Assembly: GCA_964016885.1 (NCBI GenBank)
Contig: OZ024742.1
Location: 101,556,001-101,620,000, forward strand
Origin: Eledone cirrhosa
Taxonomy: Eukaryota
DNA: 64,000 nucleotides
Direction of reading: 5' to 3'
In this document: positions 19,902 to 33,195 of the stretch, piece after piece
Numbering within the stretch: position 1 is the first letter of the stretch
Layout of the letters: each line of letters opens with the position of its first letter
Translations under genes and position numbers: made by a program
Notes under the pieces: model-generated
Seen by the model: the letters and a program-made list of their open reading frames with translations, nothing else
What the model was told of the DNA's origin: nothing
Database searches by the model: none

Positions 19902-21181
19902 TTAGACGGGTTGTCCTGTTGTGGGCAGAGTCTGGTCGGCTGACCATGCCTTGCTCATACAGGAACTGATTTTGGCTTGGTTTCTATAGCTGGATGCCGT
20001 TCCTAACACCAACCTCATTTACAGTGAGTGCTGGGTGCTTTTTTCCGTGGCGCCTACACGTCCACTTTGCAGTGGGAGGGTGTGGGGGCATATTGTCTAT
20101 ATGCTTCAGCTTGTACCCATGGGAGTTCGGGTACTCTGTATTACTGTGTGACGCCAGAGGTCACGGTCATGTGTCATCGCCTTTGAGAGGTGTAATTGGG
20201 TAAGGTCGGCTTTTATCACTTCATCCCAGGTCCTCTTCGGCCTCCCCACTCCGCGATTTCCATTGACTTCTAGTGCTCTGCACCTTTTTATGCAGCTGTC
20301 ATCCTTCATACGCATCACATGTCCATACCAACGCAACTGCCTCTCCTGCACACACCATTTGATTCCTCTTATGCTCAGTCTCTCTCTCAATTCATTTATG
20401 CTTTGCCGTTCCCGTATATTACAAGTTTTCCACCTTCAGCTCCCAGGTCTCACTACCATGTAACATTGCTGTTCGGATTCACGCATCATACAGTCTGCCT
20501 TTCATTTTGAGGGAGAAGCAATTTGCAGCTAGCAGTGGCAGTAGTTCCCTGAACTTATTCCATCCCGTTCTTACCCTAGTTATTGTACTTTCTGAACACC
20601 CACCTCCGTTGCTAATTCAGTCACCTAGGTAGCAGAAGCTGTCTACTGTTTCTACAGAGCCCTCCCAGAGATTGGTGGTACTTGTTCCTGTGGCTGTTTG
20701 CTGCTTGCTGTCCCAGCACAGCTGCTATATGTGAAGCCTACATTCTTAATTAAGCTTCTTGAGATCCTGCTACATTTCTTGTGTACCCATTTTTTGAATT
20801 TGGAGCAGAGAATGGAGTTCCTACCTACACCTTTCCTACATACTGAGCAAGGCCATTTCCCTGAGGGGATCTGGGTTCTGTTTTCTCGTCTACTTACAAG
20901 GACCTTAGTCTTTGTCATGTTGACTTTGAGACCCTTTCTTTCTAGTCCCTACTTCCAAGTTTGGAATTTCTTCTCTTGTTCTACCATAGATTCAGCTATA
21001 AGTGCGAGGTCATCTGCATACAGGAGTTCCCATGGGCATCCGGTCTTAAACTCCTCCGTTATTGCCTGCAGTTCTATGATGAACAGGATAGGGCTAAGAA
21101 CAGAGCCCTGGTGGACACCAACCTGTACGCTAAATTCCTCGCTATACTCATTGCTAATCCTAACTTTGCTGACTGCTCCCC
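19902..21181 (-). mobile_element. RTE LINE family B, 3' part (interrupted by LTR element)
   Basis: [54 protein letters not shown] region. Confidence 0.9.
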
Positions 21182-21761
21182 TTTAGCAGTATTGGTTATA
21201 GAGTAGTCGCCACTTTAACAGGGTAGATGATTGAAGGTCGTTAGTTGCCAGTGTGGTAAGTGATAGTATCCTCGTTGGATTATCTTGTCGACATAGACGT
21301 GAGGGAAGGTCCCTCGATCTATTTACCATCTATTTACAATATTCCTTTCGTCAGGTCGCCAATTCCAGCAGCATGGATTATAGATGTTATTGAGACACGA
21401 GTAACATAATAATGATTTCAACAGCAGTAATTAGAGATGAAATGTTTGTTTATTTTTGATGTAGTACAAACAATGTTTGTTAACTTATATGGTTGAAGTT
21501 ACAGATAAAAAGAGGTTACAAAAGGGAATGTGCCATTGCGCCGTTAAGCTGGCGAGGCTAGGGTGCAAATCTCACCGTTACATTATGCGTGTTGCTGGCT
21601 TGAAGTTTCCGGTACAAGAGAGAGATTCTTCAAATCTTCGCGGGGAATTTCTTCCTCAGGGCGCGTAGGGATACATCCTCTTCTACTGGCGCTGATTGGC
21701 TGAACTGAGCCAAATCACGCACAGAGAATGTATGTGAGCCCGCGGAATGTAGGTCACTACA
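21182..21761 (-). repeat. 3' LTR (580 bp)
   Basis: Matches 23343-23902 except for an extra 20 bp (21201-21220) and about 3 substitutions seen by eye. Confidence 0.9.
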
Positions 21762-23342
21762 TCACCTCCGATCAGATTTTCAGCCGAAAATCGATAACGA
21801 AGAAACCAAGGACCCACATATTATTGAATCAGCAAGAACAAATGCTGAAAGAGCACATCAGTGAAAAAATAATTGAGCAGAAAGATTCATGCAAGAACAA
21901 AAATAAAAATTAGGAGCAACGAGCCGTGTTGAGCCGCTGTCAAATGACTAGCTGTTTTGTAGTTCAAACGAGACCCTCAAGGGCCTACCAGAAAACAGAT
22001 AAAGTCTGAAATGGGCGAAGTTGCTGTTCTTGCATTAAATGTTAATGGTAAGCGTTGTACCAGTAGCTGTGAACGAAGCTATTATGGTAGTTTACCAGTG
22101 CTGGCGAGAAAATGATGGCCCCCAGATGTATTGTCGAATGTGCTGTGGAGCCAGGAAAAAATGGCTGGTTGCTTTGTAAAGAAAAAAAGGCAAGTTTAAT
22201 CTGTAGGTGGGTTGCAGTGTAAATTCCATAATTCGGGCGAATCCACAGAAGTGGCTGAAATATTGACAAGTCCAGTTCAATTTGTTGCTTTCCCAGCGAG
22301 TCGGGCAAAAACAACAAGACGGATGGCCGTCATGGACGATCAGTGTGCAACGAGATGCGAAGCTGTTTGAGTTCAGCTGCAATTAGTATTCTCGTGTTGC
22401 GGTGCCTGTTTGAATCCAGTGGATTAAGCTCTGTGAGCTGCTAGCATGTGACAGCATCTCAACCAGGTGAAAAGGGACTCGCAGAATATTACGTTTGAAG
22501 AACATATACCAAGAACAACATGTTGGTGTGTGATAAAAAAAATGTGTGCATATGCAGGCATGTAAAACAGCAAAGAATGTGAATGAACAAAAACCATGAG
22601 CAAACAAATAGCAAAAGAGCACAAAACAAGTAAATGCATTCTACAAAGAAATATGTGAATGTAACAAACTGATAATTCAAAGTCAATCTTGGGGAGCAGA
22701 GAAATTGCTCAATAAGTTCAAAGTTTTTCAAAGTCAAATAGTTCACACATCACCAGTGTACAGACACTAGTTCTATCTGAAAACTGAAAAAGAAGTTTGC
22801 TAATGCCGTTAGGGGTTAGATGTATGGTGTTTTTGTGAGATTTCGTGGCCATCTTGTGTGGCATAAGGTTGTGTTGCTTATTATTGAAGCAAAGTCAAAG
22901 AATCTTCTGTAGAGTAGCGGTCACCAAATATGGCAGCCACGTCTGACGCCATAATGGTGCGAAAACTACTGTCTCAAATTCTCGCGTCCCTGTTGTAACG
23001 AGACAGAAGGTATGGTGGTTGGACAGAAGGTATGGTGGTTGCGTCGGTAAAGTTACAAGCCGTTTTGAAATTTCCGATGTGTGGTGGTTTGCGTCGGTAA
23101 GGCTATGAAGCTGCCACTCACTGTTCCCTGTATTGGTCAGTAGTTAAACAACGCTGTCGCTGCTGCTGTCGTTGTTGTCAAGTGTAGCAAAAAGTTTTTG
23201 AAATACTGCTAATTTTTCAAAAAAAACTTTGAAAGGAATATATTGTATCTTCGCAAATTGCGAAAAAGGCCGGCAACGTGGCAATAAATGTTCAACTGAA
23301 TGAAAAAGAAGGGCTGCGTTAAATTCTTACGTCGGTCACCAC

Positions 23343-23902
23343 TTTAGCAGTATTGGTTATAGGGTAGATGATTGAAGGTCGTTAGTTGCCAGTGTGGTAA
23401 GTGATAGTATCCTCGTTGGATTACCTTGTTGACATAGACGTGAGGGAAGGTCCCTCGATCTATTTACCATCTATTTACAATATTCCTTTCGTCAGGTCGC
23501 CAATTCCAGCAGCATGGATTATAGATGTTATTGAGACACGAGTAACATAATAATGATTTCAACAGCAGTAATTAGAGATGAAATGTTTGTTTATTTTTGA
23601 TGTAGTACAAACAATGTTTGTTAACTTATATGGTTGAAGTTACAGATAAAAAGAGGTTACAAAAGGGAATGTGCCATTGCGCCGTTAAGCCGGCGAGGCT
23701 AGGGTGCAAATCTCACCGTTACATTATGCGTGTTGCTGGCTTGAAGTTTCCGGTACAAGAGAGAGATTCTTCAAATCTTCGCGGGGAATTTCTTCCTCAG
23801 GGCGCGTAGGGATACATCCTCTTCTACTGGCGCTGATTGGCTGAACTGAGCCAAATCACGCACAGAGAATGTATGTGAGCCCGCGGAATGTAGGTCACTA
23901 CA
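23343..23902 (-). repeat. 5' LTR (560 bp)
   Basis: Minus strand begins TGTAGTG, ends CTGCTAAA, followed by g-TGGTGACC. Confidence 0.9.
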
Positions 23903-24520
23903 CCCCTATACATGGCTTGTACAGCTTTCACAAGCCATTTATCTACTCCTAGTTTTCTAAGAGCCCACCAGATTATAGCACGTGGAACTCTGTCAAAGGC
24001 TTTCTCGAGATCGACGAATGCCAGGTAGAGTAGCTTACTTTTAGCTAGGTACTTTTCCTGTAACTGCCTCACAAGGAAGAGGGCATCAGTGGTGCCTCTT
24101 CCTGGTACAAACCCAAATTGCATCTCATCTAGTTTCACCCGGTCCCTAATCAACTGTGCTATAATTCTTTCTGTTACTTTCATGACCTGGTCCATCAGCT
24201 TTATACCTCTATAGTTTCCTCTATCTAGTGCATCACCTTTACCTTTGTAGCAGTTGACAATGATGCTACTGCACCAATCTTTTGGTATGACACCTTCTAG
24301 TATTACCTGGTTAACAATACGTGTGGTTATAGTGTGACCTACAGACCCAGATGCCTTCAGCATCTCGGCAGCTATACCCGATGGACCCGTTGCCTTCCCC
24401 ATCTTAATATCTTTGATTGCCTTACTTACTACGCTGCTGCTGACTTGTACTGCTGGCCCCTCTATAGGGTCTACTTGGGGTAGGGTCTCTTCTTCCCATG
24501 CATTCTCCTCATTTAGTAAT
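23903..24520 (-). mobile_element. RTE LINE family B, upstream RT part
   Basis: [48 protein letters not shown]; continues at 21181 (AVSKVRI). Confidence 0.92.
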
Positions 24521-24529
24521 CTATACATA

Positions 24530-25117
24530 CACAATTCCTTGCTTCTTTCAGCAATTTCTTGGCATTCGAGATGTCCAGTGCCTTGTATGTCTGTGTTTCT
24601 CGAGCCACCTGTGCGAAGGAGACTGCAGCTGTGGGTCCGTTTTCTTTTGTGTTGTTATCGTTGTTAGTGTTATTCATGTTGGCTTGCTTTTTTCGTTTGT
24701 TGGTCTTGTCATTATTGCTGTTGTTGGTTGTGTTGTTATTGTCATTGTTGTTCTTGTTTGTGTAATTGTTACTTTTGGGGTTTTCACCCATTTCCACAAT
24801 TTTCTCTTTTGATTCCATGGTGTCTTTTGCGGGAGTGAGGAAGGAAGGTTTACAGCGTTGGGCTGATACCTTCTCTCTATCACTTTCCTTGGGGGGCATG
24901 GCATGTGTTGTCCATTGTCACTAAACGACTTTTTATCGATAACTTATAACTATCAAATTTCAGCCCAAAAAGGGGCAAAATTAATTTTACCCAACGTCTG
25001 CAGGCCCAGGTGAGGGTTAAACACAACAAATAACAAGTAGCTTAAACAAACCTACCGCTTCTCATAATAAATTCCGACAAAATGCAGGAGCGAAACATAA
25101 ACACGTCTATCTTCTTC
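24530..25117 (-). mobile_element. Probable 5'UTR plus ORF1 start of an L1/Tx1-like element
   Basis: ORF 24513-24899 with Asn-rich linker and SFAQVA motif; upstream agacgtgttt..tcgctcc resembles L1/Tx1 5' ends (recalled). Confidence 0.45.
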
Positions 25118-25159
25118 GAGATAGATAGATGTGTGTGTGTGCGTGTGTATACATATATT

Positions 25160-26705
25160 GCAGAGGTGACATCTGCTGTGCATAAACTGAACTGTGGTAT
25201 GTCTTCTGGTATGGATGGTCTGAGTGCAGAGGTTTTGAAGTGTGGTCGTGAAAATTTCACGCAGCGTCTGACTGACCTCATGAAAAAGGTGTGGAAAGAT
25301 GAGAATGTCCTACAAGTTTGGAAGGATGTATTCATGGTGATTCTCCAAAAAGGAAAGGGTGGGAAAGACAAATGTGTAAATTATTGTGGCATATCACTTC
25401 TTTCAGTAGTTAGTAAAGTCATGTGTCAAATTGTGATGGATAGATTGATCTCAAGGGTTGCTCTGAATGTGTTGCCTGAGTTGCAGTGTGGGTTCAGAAA
25501 TGAAAGAGGAACAGTAGATGTGATCTTCATCACTCAGCAGCTGACAAAGGTCTTTGACACCGTCAATTGAACTACGTTGTGGAAAATTTTGGAAAAGCTT
25601 GGCTGCTCTTCAAAGTTTCTAAAAATTCTGCGTCTTTTTCATGATGACATGAAGGCTTTGGTCAGTATTGGTGGTAGCATCTCTGAACCAATATCAGTTG
25701 AAAATGGAGTGAAGCAGGGGGACATTCTGGCTCCAACTCTGTTTTCCTAATATTTTATGATAGTATTTCTCATGGCATTCAGGAAAAATGCTCGTGTGGA
25801 GTTTACATCAGGTATTGCCTTTCAGGATGGTTGTTCAACATCAGGTGCTTTGATGCAAGCACGAAGGTATTAACATCTATAATCTGAAAGTTTTTGTATG
25901 CAGATAACTGCAATCTTTTTGCACACTCACAAAGTGACATGCAGCATATTATGAACTCTTTTTCTGAAGCTTACAGCGCTTTTGGCCTCACAATAAACTT
26001 TTAAAAGACTGTTGTGATGTACCAGCCAGTAACTAGGAAACAATATACTACACGAAGTGTGTACATGTACGGACAGAGGCTAAAAGTTGCTGACAAGTTT
26101 GTTTACCTTGGTAATACGTAGAACAATTCATGCACACTTGATGATGAGATATCCTTAAGAATCAAGAAAGCCAGTGATGCTTTTGGACAACTGAATAAAC
26201 ATTCATGGTCCAGACGAGGTATCACCATTGAAACTAAGGTAAAAGTGTATCTGACTTGTGTCCTCTCCCCTTTGCTTTATGCTTGTGAAACGTGGGTCAC
26301 ATACAGAAAACACCCCAAGGAACTGGAGAGGTTTCACCAACAATCTCTTCGTAAGATATTTGTGGTGCGATGGAAAATGTTCGTCAGCGATCTGGAAGTT
26401 CTTGAAAGGAGCCGGTGTATGAGCATAGAGAGCATGGTCTTTCAGCATTGGTTGAGGTGGTGCGGTCACGTGGTCTGGATGTCTGATGATCATATTCCAA
26501 AGCAACTTCTCTATGGTGAACTGTGCAAAGGAAGGTGACCTCCACACAAACCAAAAATGTGGTACTGGGACTGTGTCAGAGGCACCTTGGCTTGCGCTGG
26601 AATTTCATCTGACAAATAGGAGAAAATGGCTCAGGAGCATGTGAAGTGGAAACGTTTGATGAAGTTAGGAAGTGAACACTTTGAAACTCGTCGAAGAGAA
26701 CACCT
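25160..26705 (+). mobile_element. Decayed RTE-BovB-like LINE
   Basis: NYCGISLLS, QCGFRNERGTVD, NGVKQGDILAP, LLYACETW, LRWCGHV..IPKQLLYGEL; multiple stops and frameshifts. Confidence 0.88.
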
Positions 26706-26719
26706 AATGATGATGATGC

Positions 26720-27172
26720 TGATGATATCATCATCATCATCAACGTTTAACGTCCATCTTCCACGCTAGCATGGGTTTAGACGGGAATTGTCCTACTTGA
26801 GGCAAGATTGGTCGGGTGACCATGTCTCGCTCGTATAGGGCTGTCTGGCAGGTTTTCTACGGCTGGTTGCCCTTCCTAACACCAACCACGTTTACAGTGT
26901 GGACTGGGAGGTTTTTACCGTGTTACCTACACGGCCACATTACAGCGTGGACTGTGTGTTTTTTTGTCGTGACACCTACACGACCTCATTTATTTTGGAC
27001 TGGATGTTGTGTTACCAACATAACTTTACAGAGAAAGGGTGGTGTTGGTGGGGGTGGGGTGGAGTAGGGGTAGTGGATGGGGTATATATTTGGTTAAGAG
27101 GTGCCTACAGACTGTAGGTTTCGCTTTGTACATAGGCAAGGCGGTTCTTCTGTATTACTGCGTAGCGCCAAA
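26720..27172 (-). mobile_element. RTE family A 3'UTR fragment
   Basis: (cat)n tail and the shared UTR. Confidence 0.85.
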
Positions 27173-27408
27173 GGTAAAAACATTAACCGAATGAGTAGAA
27201 AAATATGACTTTCAAGTTTCAGCTTCATTGCTTCACCAGCATCATCTTATGGACATGAGTTGGTAAATATTAATGTTATTTGATAGACTCCAAGGCGATT
27301 AATATAGCAGGAATGAAAATTCCTGTTATTTTAATTGGAACATTTATCAATTAATTAAATGATTTTAATTTAAATTCTGGTTATTTTTATATATATATAT
27401 ATATATAC

Positions 27409-30400
27409 AGAAATGCTTGAACATAAGGAGGTTGATGTTTTCTGTATCCAAGAGACCAGGTGAAGTGGTGGGTCTGCTAGATTCATTGTGGGTAAAAAAC
27501 AATGCTATAAGCTTTTCTGGGTGGGAAATGACAATGGGCTGGGTGGAGTAGGAATCATGTTAGCAGAAAAATGGGTAGATAAGATAATAGACGTAAATAG
27601 AGTGAACGACAGAATAATTAAAATAAGACTTGTCCTAAATAGAACTACTGTGACAGTAATATCTGCGTACGCACCTCAATCCGGACTGCCTGGCATTATA
27701 AAAGACAGATTCTATGAGACATTGATGCTCACTACCTCCCAAATAACTGACAGTGACTACATAATTATTGCTGGCGACCTAAATGGTCACGTTGGATAAC
27801 ATTGTGAAGGCTATGACGGAATCCATGGAGGTTATGGGTTTGGTACTAGAAATGAGGAAGGCGCCAGAATCCTGGAATTCTGTGACGCAAATAACCTAAC
27901 TGTCTGTAACACTAACTTCAAAAAACGAGACAATCACTTGATCACCTACAGATCAGGGGAACACGCCAGTCAGATAGATTATATCCTTACCAGAAGACGT
28001 GATAGAGTGTCTGTTGTAAACACTAAATCCCTCGCCCATGAAGAATGCACCTCCCAACATACTCATAGTCAGCGACCTCATAGTCAGGACAAGACGTACT
28101 CGAAAACAGAGGAGGACTATCCTCAGGAGAAAAATATGGAAGCTAAAGGACCCCACAGCCAGTAATAAATTTCAAAGCATATTACTTGATGCTTTCGACA
28201 GTAAGGAAGAGCATTTAGAGTCGTACAATATAGAGGAACAGTGGGAATTCCTGAAAGCAAACCTGCTGATGGCGGCAGACGAAGTCTGTGGCCGGAGCAG
28301 GCCTATAGGCAGGAGGAGAGTAACGTGGTGGTGGAATAGTAAGGTGGAGGAGTCAATTAAGGCCAAAAAGCAGGCTTGGAAAGTATGGCGGGATGGGGGA
28401 AGTAGAGAAGACTATCAAGTGGCCAGAGGGAAGCTAGGAGACAAGTGTACTTAGCAAGAAGGGAAGCAGAGGAAAGAAAGTTCAAGCATGTTCTACAACG
28501 CGAGGACCAAAAACGTGAGGTGTTCAGGATTGCTAGGCAATGTGTCAAGGAAAACCATGATATTGTCGGGGAGAAGTATGTCCTTAATGATGATGGTGTA
28601 CTTGCCATCACTGACGCTTGGAAGTGTCACTACGAAAGGCTACTAAATGAGGAGAATAAATGGGAGAAAGACAGTCTCCCCCACATCGATCCAATAGAGG
28701 GACCAGCAGTGCTAGTTGAAGGTAGTATAATAAGGCAATCAGAGATATGAAGACGGGTAAGGCGGCTGGGCCTTCGGAAATAGTTGCTGAAATGCTGAAA
28801 GCATCTGGAACGGTGGGACACACTATGGTCACCCGGATAGTAAACCAAGTCATACAGAATGGGGTCATTCCGAAGGACTGGCGTAGCAGCATCATCATTA
28901 ACTGCTACAAGGGTAAAGGAGATGCCCTAGATAGGGGTAACTATAGAGGCATTAAATTAATCGACCAGATCATGAAGGTCACAGAAAAAGTAATAGCACA
29001 ACTAATCAGAGAGCGAATTGATCTAGATGAAATGCAGTTTGGGTTTGTGTCAGGAAAAAGTACCACACGCTCTTTTCATTGTATGACAACTACAGGAGAA
29101 GTACCTAGCTAAAAGTAAACCCCTATACTTAGCTTTTGTTGACTTGGAGAAAGCCTTTGACAGAGTCCCCCACTCCATTATCTGGTGGGCTCTTAGAAAA
29201 CTAGGTGTTGAGGAATGGCTTGTGAGAGCTATACAAGCCATGTATAAAGAAACAGTCAGCAAGGTTAGAATTAACAACGAATATAGTGAAGAGTTTAGCG
29301 TAAAAGTTGGTGTTCATCAGGGCCCCCGTCCTTAGCCCCCTCCTATTTATTATTGCTCTTCAGGCTATAACAGAGGAGTTCAAGACCGGCTGCCCATGGG
29401 AACTCCTATACGCAGATGATCTAACGCTCATAGCTGAATCAATGGCCGAACTAGAGAAGAAATTCCAAACATGGAAGCATGGCCTAGAATCAAAAGGCCT
29501 TAAAATTAACCTGTCTAAGACTAAAGTTTTAGTTTGTAGGAAGGAAAATAAGGCACCAGTCCCATCTGGGAAATGGCCATGCTCAGTGTGTAGGAAAGGA
29601 GTAGGCAGAAACTCCATTTTATGTCCCAAATGCAAAGTATGGGTGCATAAAAGATGTAGTGGGATCACAGGTAAGCTAACTAAGAATATAGATTTTATAT
29701 ATGGCCGGTGCTCTGGTGCAATAAGTAGCAGCAAGTGCTCATAGAATACTAGCTCATTCCATTGCACAGATGGTTCTATAGAAATAGTGGACACCTTCCG
29801 TTACCTGGGTGACAAAATCAGCAGTGGTGGAGGGTGCTCTGAAAGTACAGTAGCTAGAGTCAGAACGGGATGGAAAAAGTTCAGAGAGCTTATACCACTA
29901 TTGGCCGCTAAAGGGTTCTCTCTAAAAATGAAAGGCAGACTGTATGATGCCTGCATACGAACAGCAATGTTACATGGCAGTGAGACCTGGGCATTGTGTG
30001 CAGAGGATATACGCAGACTGGAGAGGAACAAAGCGTGCATGCTCCGCTGGATGTCTAATAGTAATATACGTGAACGGCAAAGCATAAACGAACTAAGGGA
30101 GAAATTAGGAATAAGAGGGATCAGATGCTGTTTACTCGAGAGAAGACTACGTTGGTACGGTCAAGTGATGCGCATGAAAGACGACAGCTGTATAAAAAAG
30201 TGCAGGGCGATAAAAATAGATGGTAGCCACGGAGTAGGCAGACCCAGAAAAACCTGGGACGATTTGATAAATTCCGACCTCACACACTTACACCTCTCCA
30301 AGACAATGTTATTGGACCGAGATCTTTGGCGCTACACAGTAATACAGAAGACCCGCCTTGTCTAAGTACAAAGCGAAACCTACAGTCAGTAAGCACCTCT

Positions 30401-30745
30401 AACAAAAATACACCTCGGGCCCCACTACCCCCACCCCATCCACACCACCCTTTCCTATGTAAAGTTATGTTGGTACCACAACATCCAGTCTGAAACAAAT
30501 AAGGTCGTGTAGGTGTCATGACAAAAAAACACACAGTCCACGCTGTAACGTGGCCGTGTACGTAACACGGTAAAAATCTCCCAGACCCCACTGTAAACGT
30601 GGTTGGTGTTAGGAAGGGCATCCGGCTGTAGAAAACCCGCCAGACAGTCCTGTATGAGCAAGACAACTCATCTTGCCTCAAGTGGGGAAAATTCCCGTCC
30701 AAACCCATGCTAGTGTGGAAGATGGACATTAAATGATGATGATGA
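27409..30745 (+). mobile_element. RTE LINE family A, near-complete but disrupted (APE endonuclease, RT, Cys-rich insert, 3'UTR)
   Basis: CIQETR, SAYAPQ, AGDLNGHVG, QIDYIL (APE); NYRGIKL, YADD, FRYLG (RT); CSVC..CPKC..WVHKRC; (tga)n tail; several frameshifts. Confidence 0.95.
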
Positions 30746-33118
30746 CACACACATACATATACTTGAGCTTTTTTCAAGCTGAATATTACTGAAGCGTGTT
30801 TGTAATCAGGTCATTTGCAGTGCATTAGCAAAGTGGAAGCAACTTGCTAACATAGTAGAATAGAACTTTCAAAACTTTTCATATTGGTGACACACTTTTT
30901 AAAGATTGACTTTTTTGGGGACATACTAATTAATTGTCACTGACATGAAATTAATTGATAAATATACAAGGAAATATATCACGTTACCAGTCACGTGTTT
31001 AATTGTTTGCAGAATTTACAAGGCTCGAATGCATTTCACAGCTAAACATTTGTAAAAATTGATCAGATTTGGATTGCAAGACAGTGTGTTACAGCAAACT
31101 TCTATGACAGTGCTGACTTGCTGATGGTGGACAAAAAAGTCTATCTCAGCCTAAATGGACAAGTAATTGTTTAGGTGTTCGGTAGCAGTGACCGAAGACT
31201 ATGCATTTTGCCACATTACTTTTTACACATGAACAGCAGGTATTTCAGGGCTTATCTAACATAGTTGAGGGGTTGGATGGAAGAGTGTTCAACAGATACC
31301 AAACCTCTTTAAAGAAAGAGGAGCAGGTTTGTACAATGACATTTTCTCCAAACCTATCCTCTTCTTTAAAACAAAATCTTATTTAATATCATGACACCAT
31401 TATATTAGTTCCTGACTGTATTGTGAAAATATCTGTTTTAACTGTAGGTTAATGTGCTATGTATGTTTATTGTCTATTGAGGTTAACTTTGCCTTTCATC
31501 CTTTTGAGGTTGTGCTAGGTCACTACTGGAGTAAATTCTTCCCCTATATCTCTTTTGCACTTCCTCTCTATCACAATCTTTCTTCTTTGGAAGAAATTGA
31601 CTGTTTTCTGACCTGGAGAGGTTATGGACTCTGCCATGTTTTAAAAACTGGCCAAGACATATTGTATATTACTCCATCCACCTTATGACTCCATCAAAAG
31701 TTACAAAGTCTATACATATTCTGTATATATGTACACAGTTCGATTAATTAAAATGACTGGCTAAGACACATTTAAGAAACCAACTAAACTGGTTATTTTG
31801 CAGTGGTTTCTCCAAAGAACTACTTTGTAATTCTGGCCCTTTGCCATAGTACTATTGTCTTCTGTCTTGGCCATTTTAGAAGCTTTTATTTAGTTGAAAA
31901 AAAATTTATATTGAATTACGTTTTGGCATGGTATATATCCATAGCACGTTTATTGGCCATGTTTTACAAATTAGTATTTTTTCTCTACCTGGCTATGAAG
32001 CAATTCGGTCAACGACTTAAAAACCTATTAGTAAATAAAAAGAAGAATTTGAGGAAATTGAAAAAATTTTTCAGATTATCTACAGGTAAGAATGAATCCT
32101 ATCTTGTATCAGCATCATTATCGTCTTCATTTAACACTGATTTCCTTGCTAGCAAAACAAGAGTTGGATGGGTCATCACAGACCAAGGCAGCACTAAACA
32201 GAGCTACTGACCATCTCACATACTCTGTGTATTGGGGGTGTTTTATCATGGCACGAGCACTAGCGAGATTGTCATGTCTTTGACTCAATTGAAGAGTCCT
32301 CTCAACCCTTAGTTTGACTAATTTTCTATAGCTGGATGCTCTTACTATCACCAATGACTTTACAAAATGTAACCACTTTACATAGTTTATATTGAGAATA
32401 TTTATAAATAAAATGACATATTTACTTGTTCTCAGCTTAATTTGTGTTTAACAATGAAGTGAATCTTTTTTCAGTTAATTCCAGTTTAAGTTTATTGAAG
32501 GATATATATATATATATAGTTCTGTTTGGTTATTTTATAACCTTCAAATTTAGCTGTTTTACAGTTTTAAAAAGTTTTTTTTTTTTTTGTTATTTTACTT
32601 TTAGCTATGTTCTTACTCTATTACGTGTTCCAGCCGATAGGTTGAGGCCATGCTGGAGCACCGCCATTGTACTAAACTTTCTAAATAACAATTCAACCAC
32701 AATTTAGTTATCAAATTTATTTATCAGTGCTGTTATTTTACTTTTAGTAATGTTTTTATGCACTAAACTCTCAAATAACCATCAACTACCATTTAGTTTA
32801 TCAAATTTATTTATCAGTGCTGTGTATGATAAACATTTCCTTTTCAACACAACACTGTTTACTCTTGTGACAGAAGTTTGGCTCTTTCTTTCTGATGTAA
32901 TCTGAGAGATACACCATACTGATGCTGGTGTGTCCACATCAACTATGGTAATTCTATTTCAGTGGGAGAAGAAGTGGGTTGCGCTGAATACTTCCACTCC
33001 TTTTTTTTTTTTTTCCTGTTCAGCCACAACTACTGTTGTTATCCTTCGGGTATTCTCTAAGCTGTCTATTGATTTATTTATATATATTTTTCCTTCTCTT
33101 CATCTCATTTCTTTACAG

Positions 33119-33195
33119 CCCGAGATGCAGATGAAAGAGAAAAGTGGATTAAATCACTTGAAAATACCATATTGCGGCATACCCATTTTGTTAAG
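33119..33195 (+). CDS. OSBPL9: OSBPL9 homologue, next exon (77 nt, phase 1 to 0), end of PH domain
   Basis: Acceptor ctcatttctttacag; (A)[25 protein letters not shown]; donor gtaagg. Joins the 377-455 exon in frame (G+CC=Ala); matches ORP9 [21 protein letters not shown]. Confidence 0.93.

Larger units (their letters stand above)
21182..23902 (-). mobile_element. Non-autonomous LTR retrotransposon, 2721 bp
   Basis: Direct repeats 21182-21761 and 23343-23902; CCCC target-site duplication (21178-21181, 23903-23906); PBS-like TGGTGACCGACGT next to the 5' LTR on the minus strand; no recognisable gag/pol ORF. Confidence 0.9.

Noticed and set aside
21762-23342. Short ORFs inside the LTR element as gag/env
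   Set aside because: All under 100 aa with no zinc knuckle, protease, RT or integrase motifs.
30860-31400. Possible decayed hAT transposon end
   Set aside because: Similarity too weak to support by eye; no clear TIR pair or TSD.
32075-32085. 11-nt micro-exon or recursive splice site (tcag-attatctacag-gtaaga)
   Set aside because: Upstream sequence is A-rich with a poor pyrimidine tract, and inclusion would break the frame.
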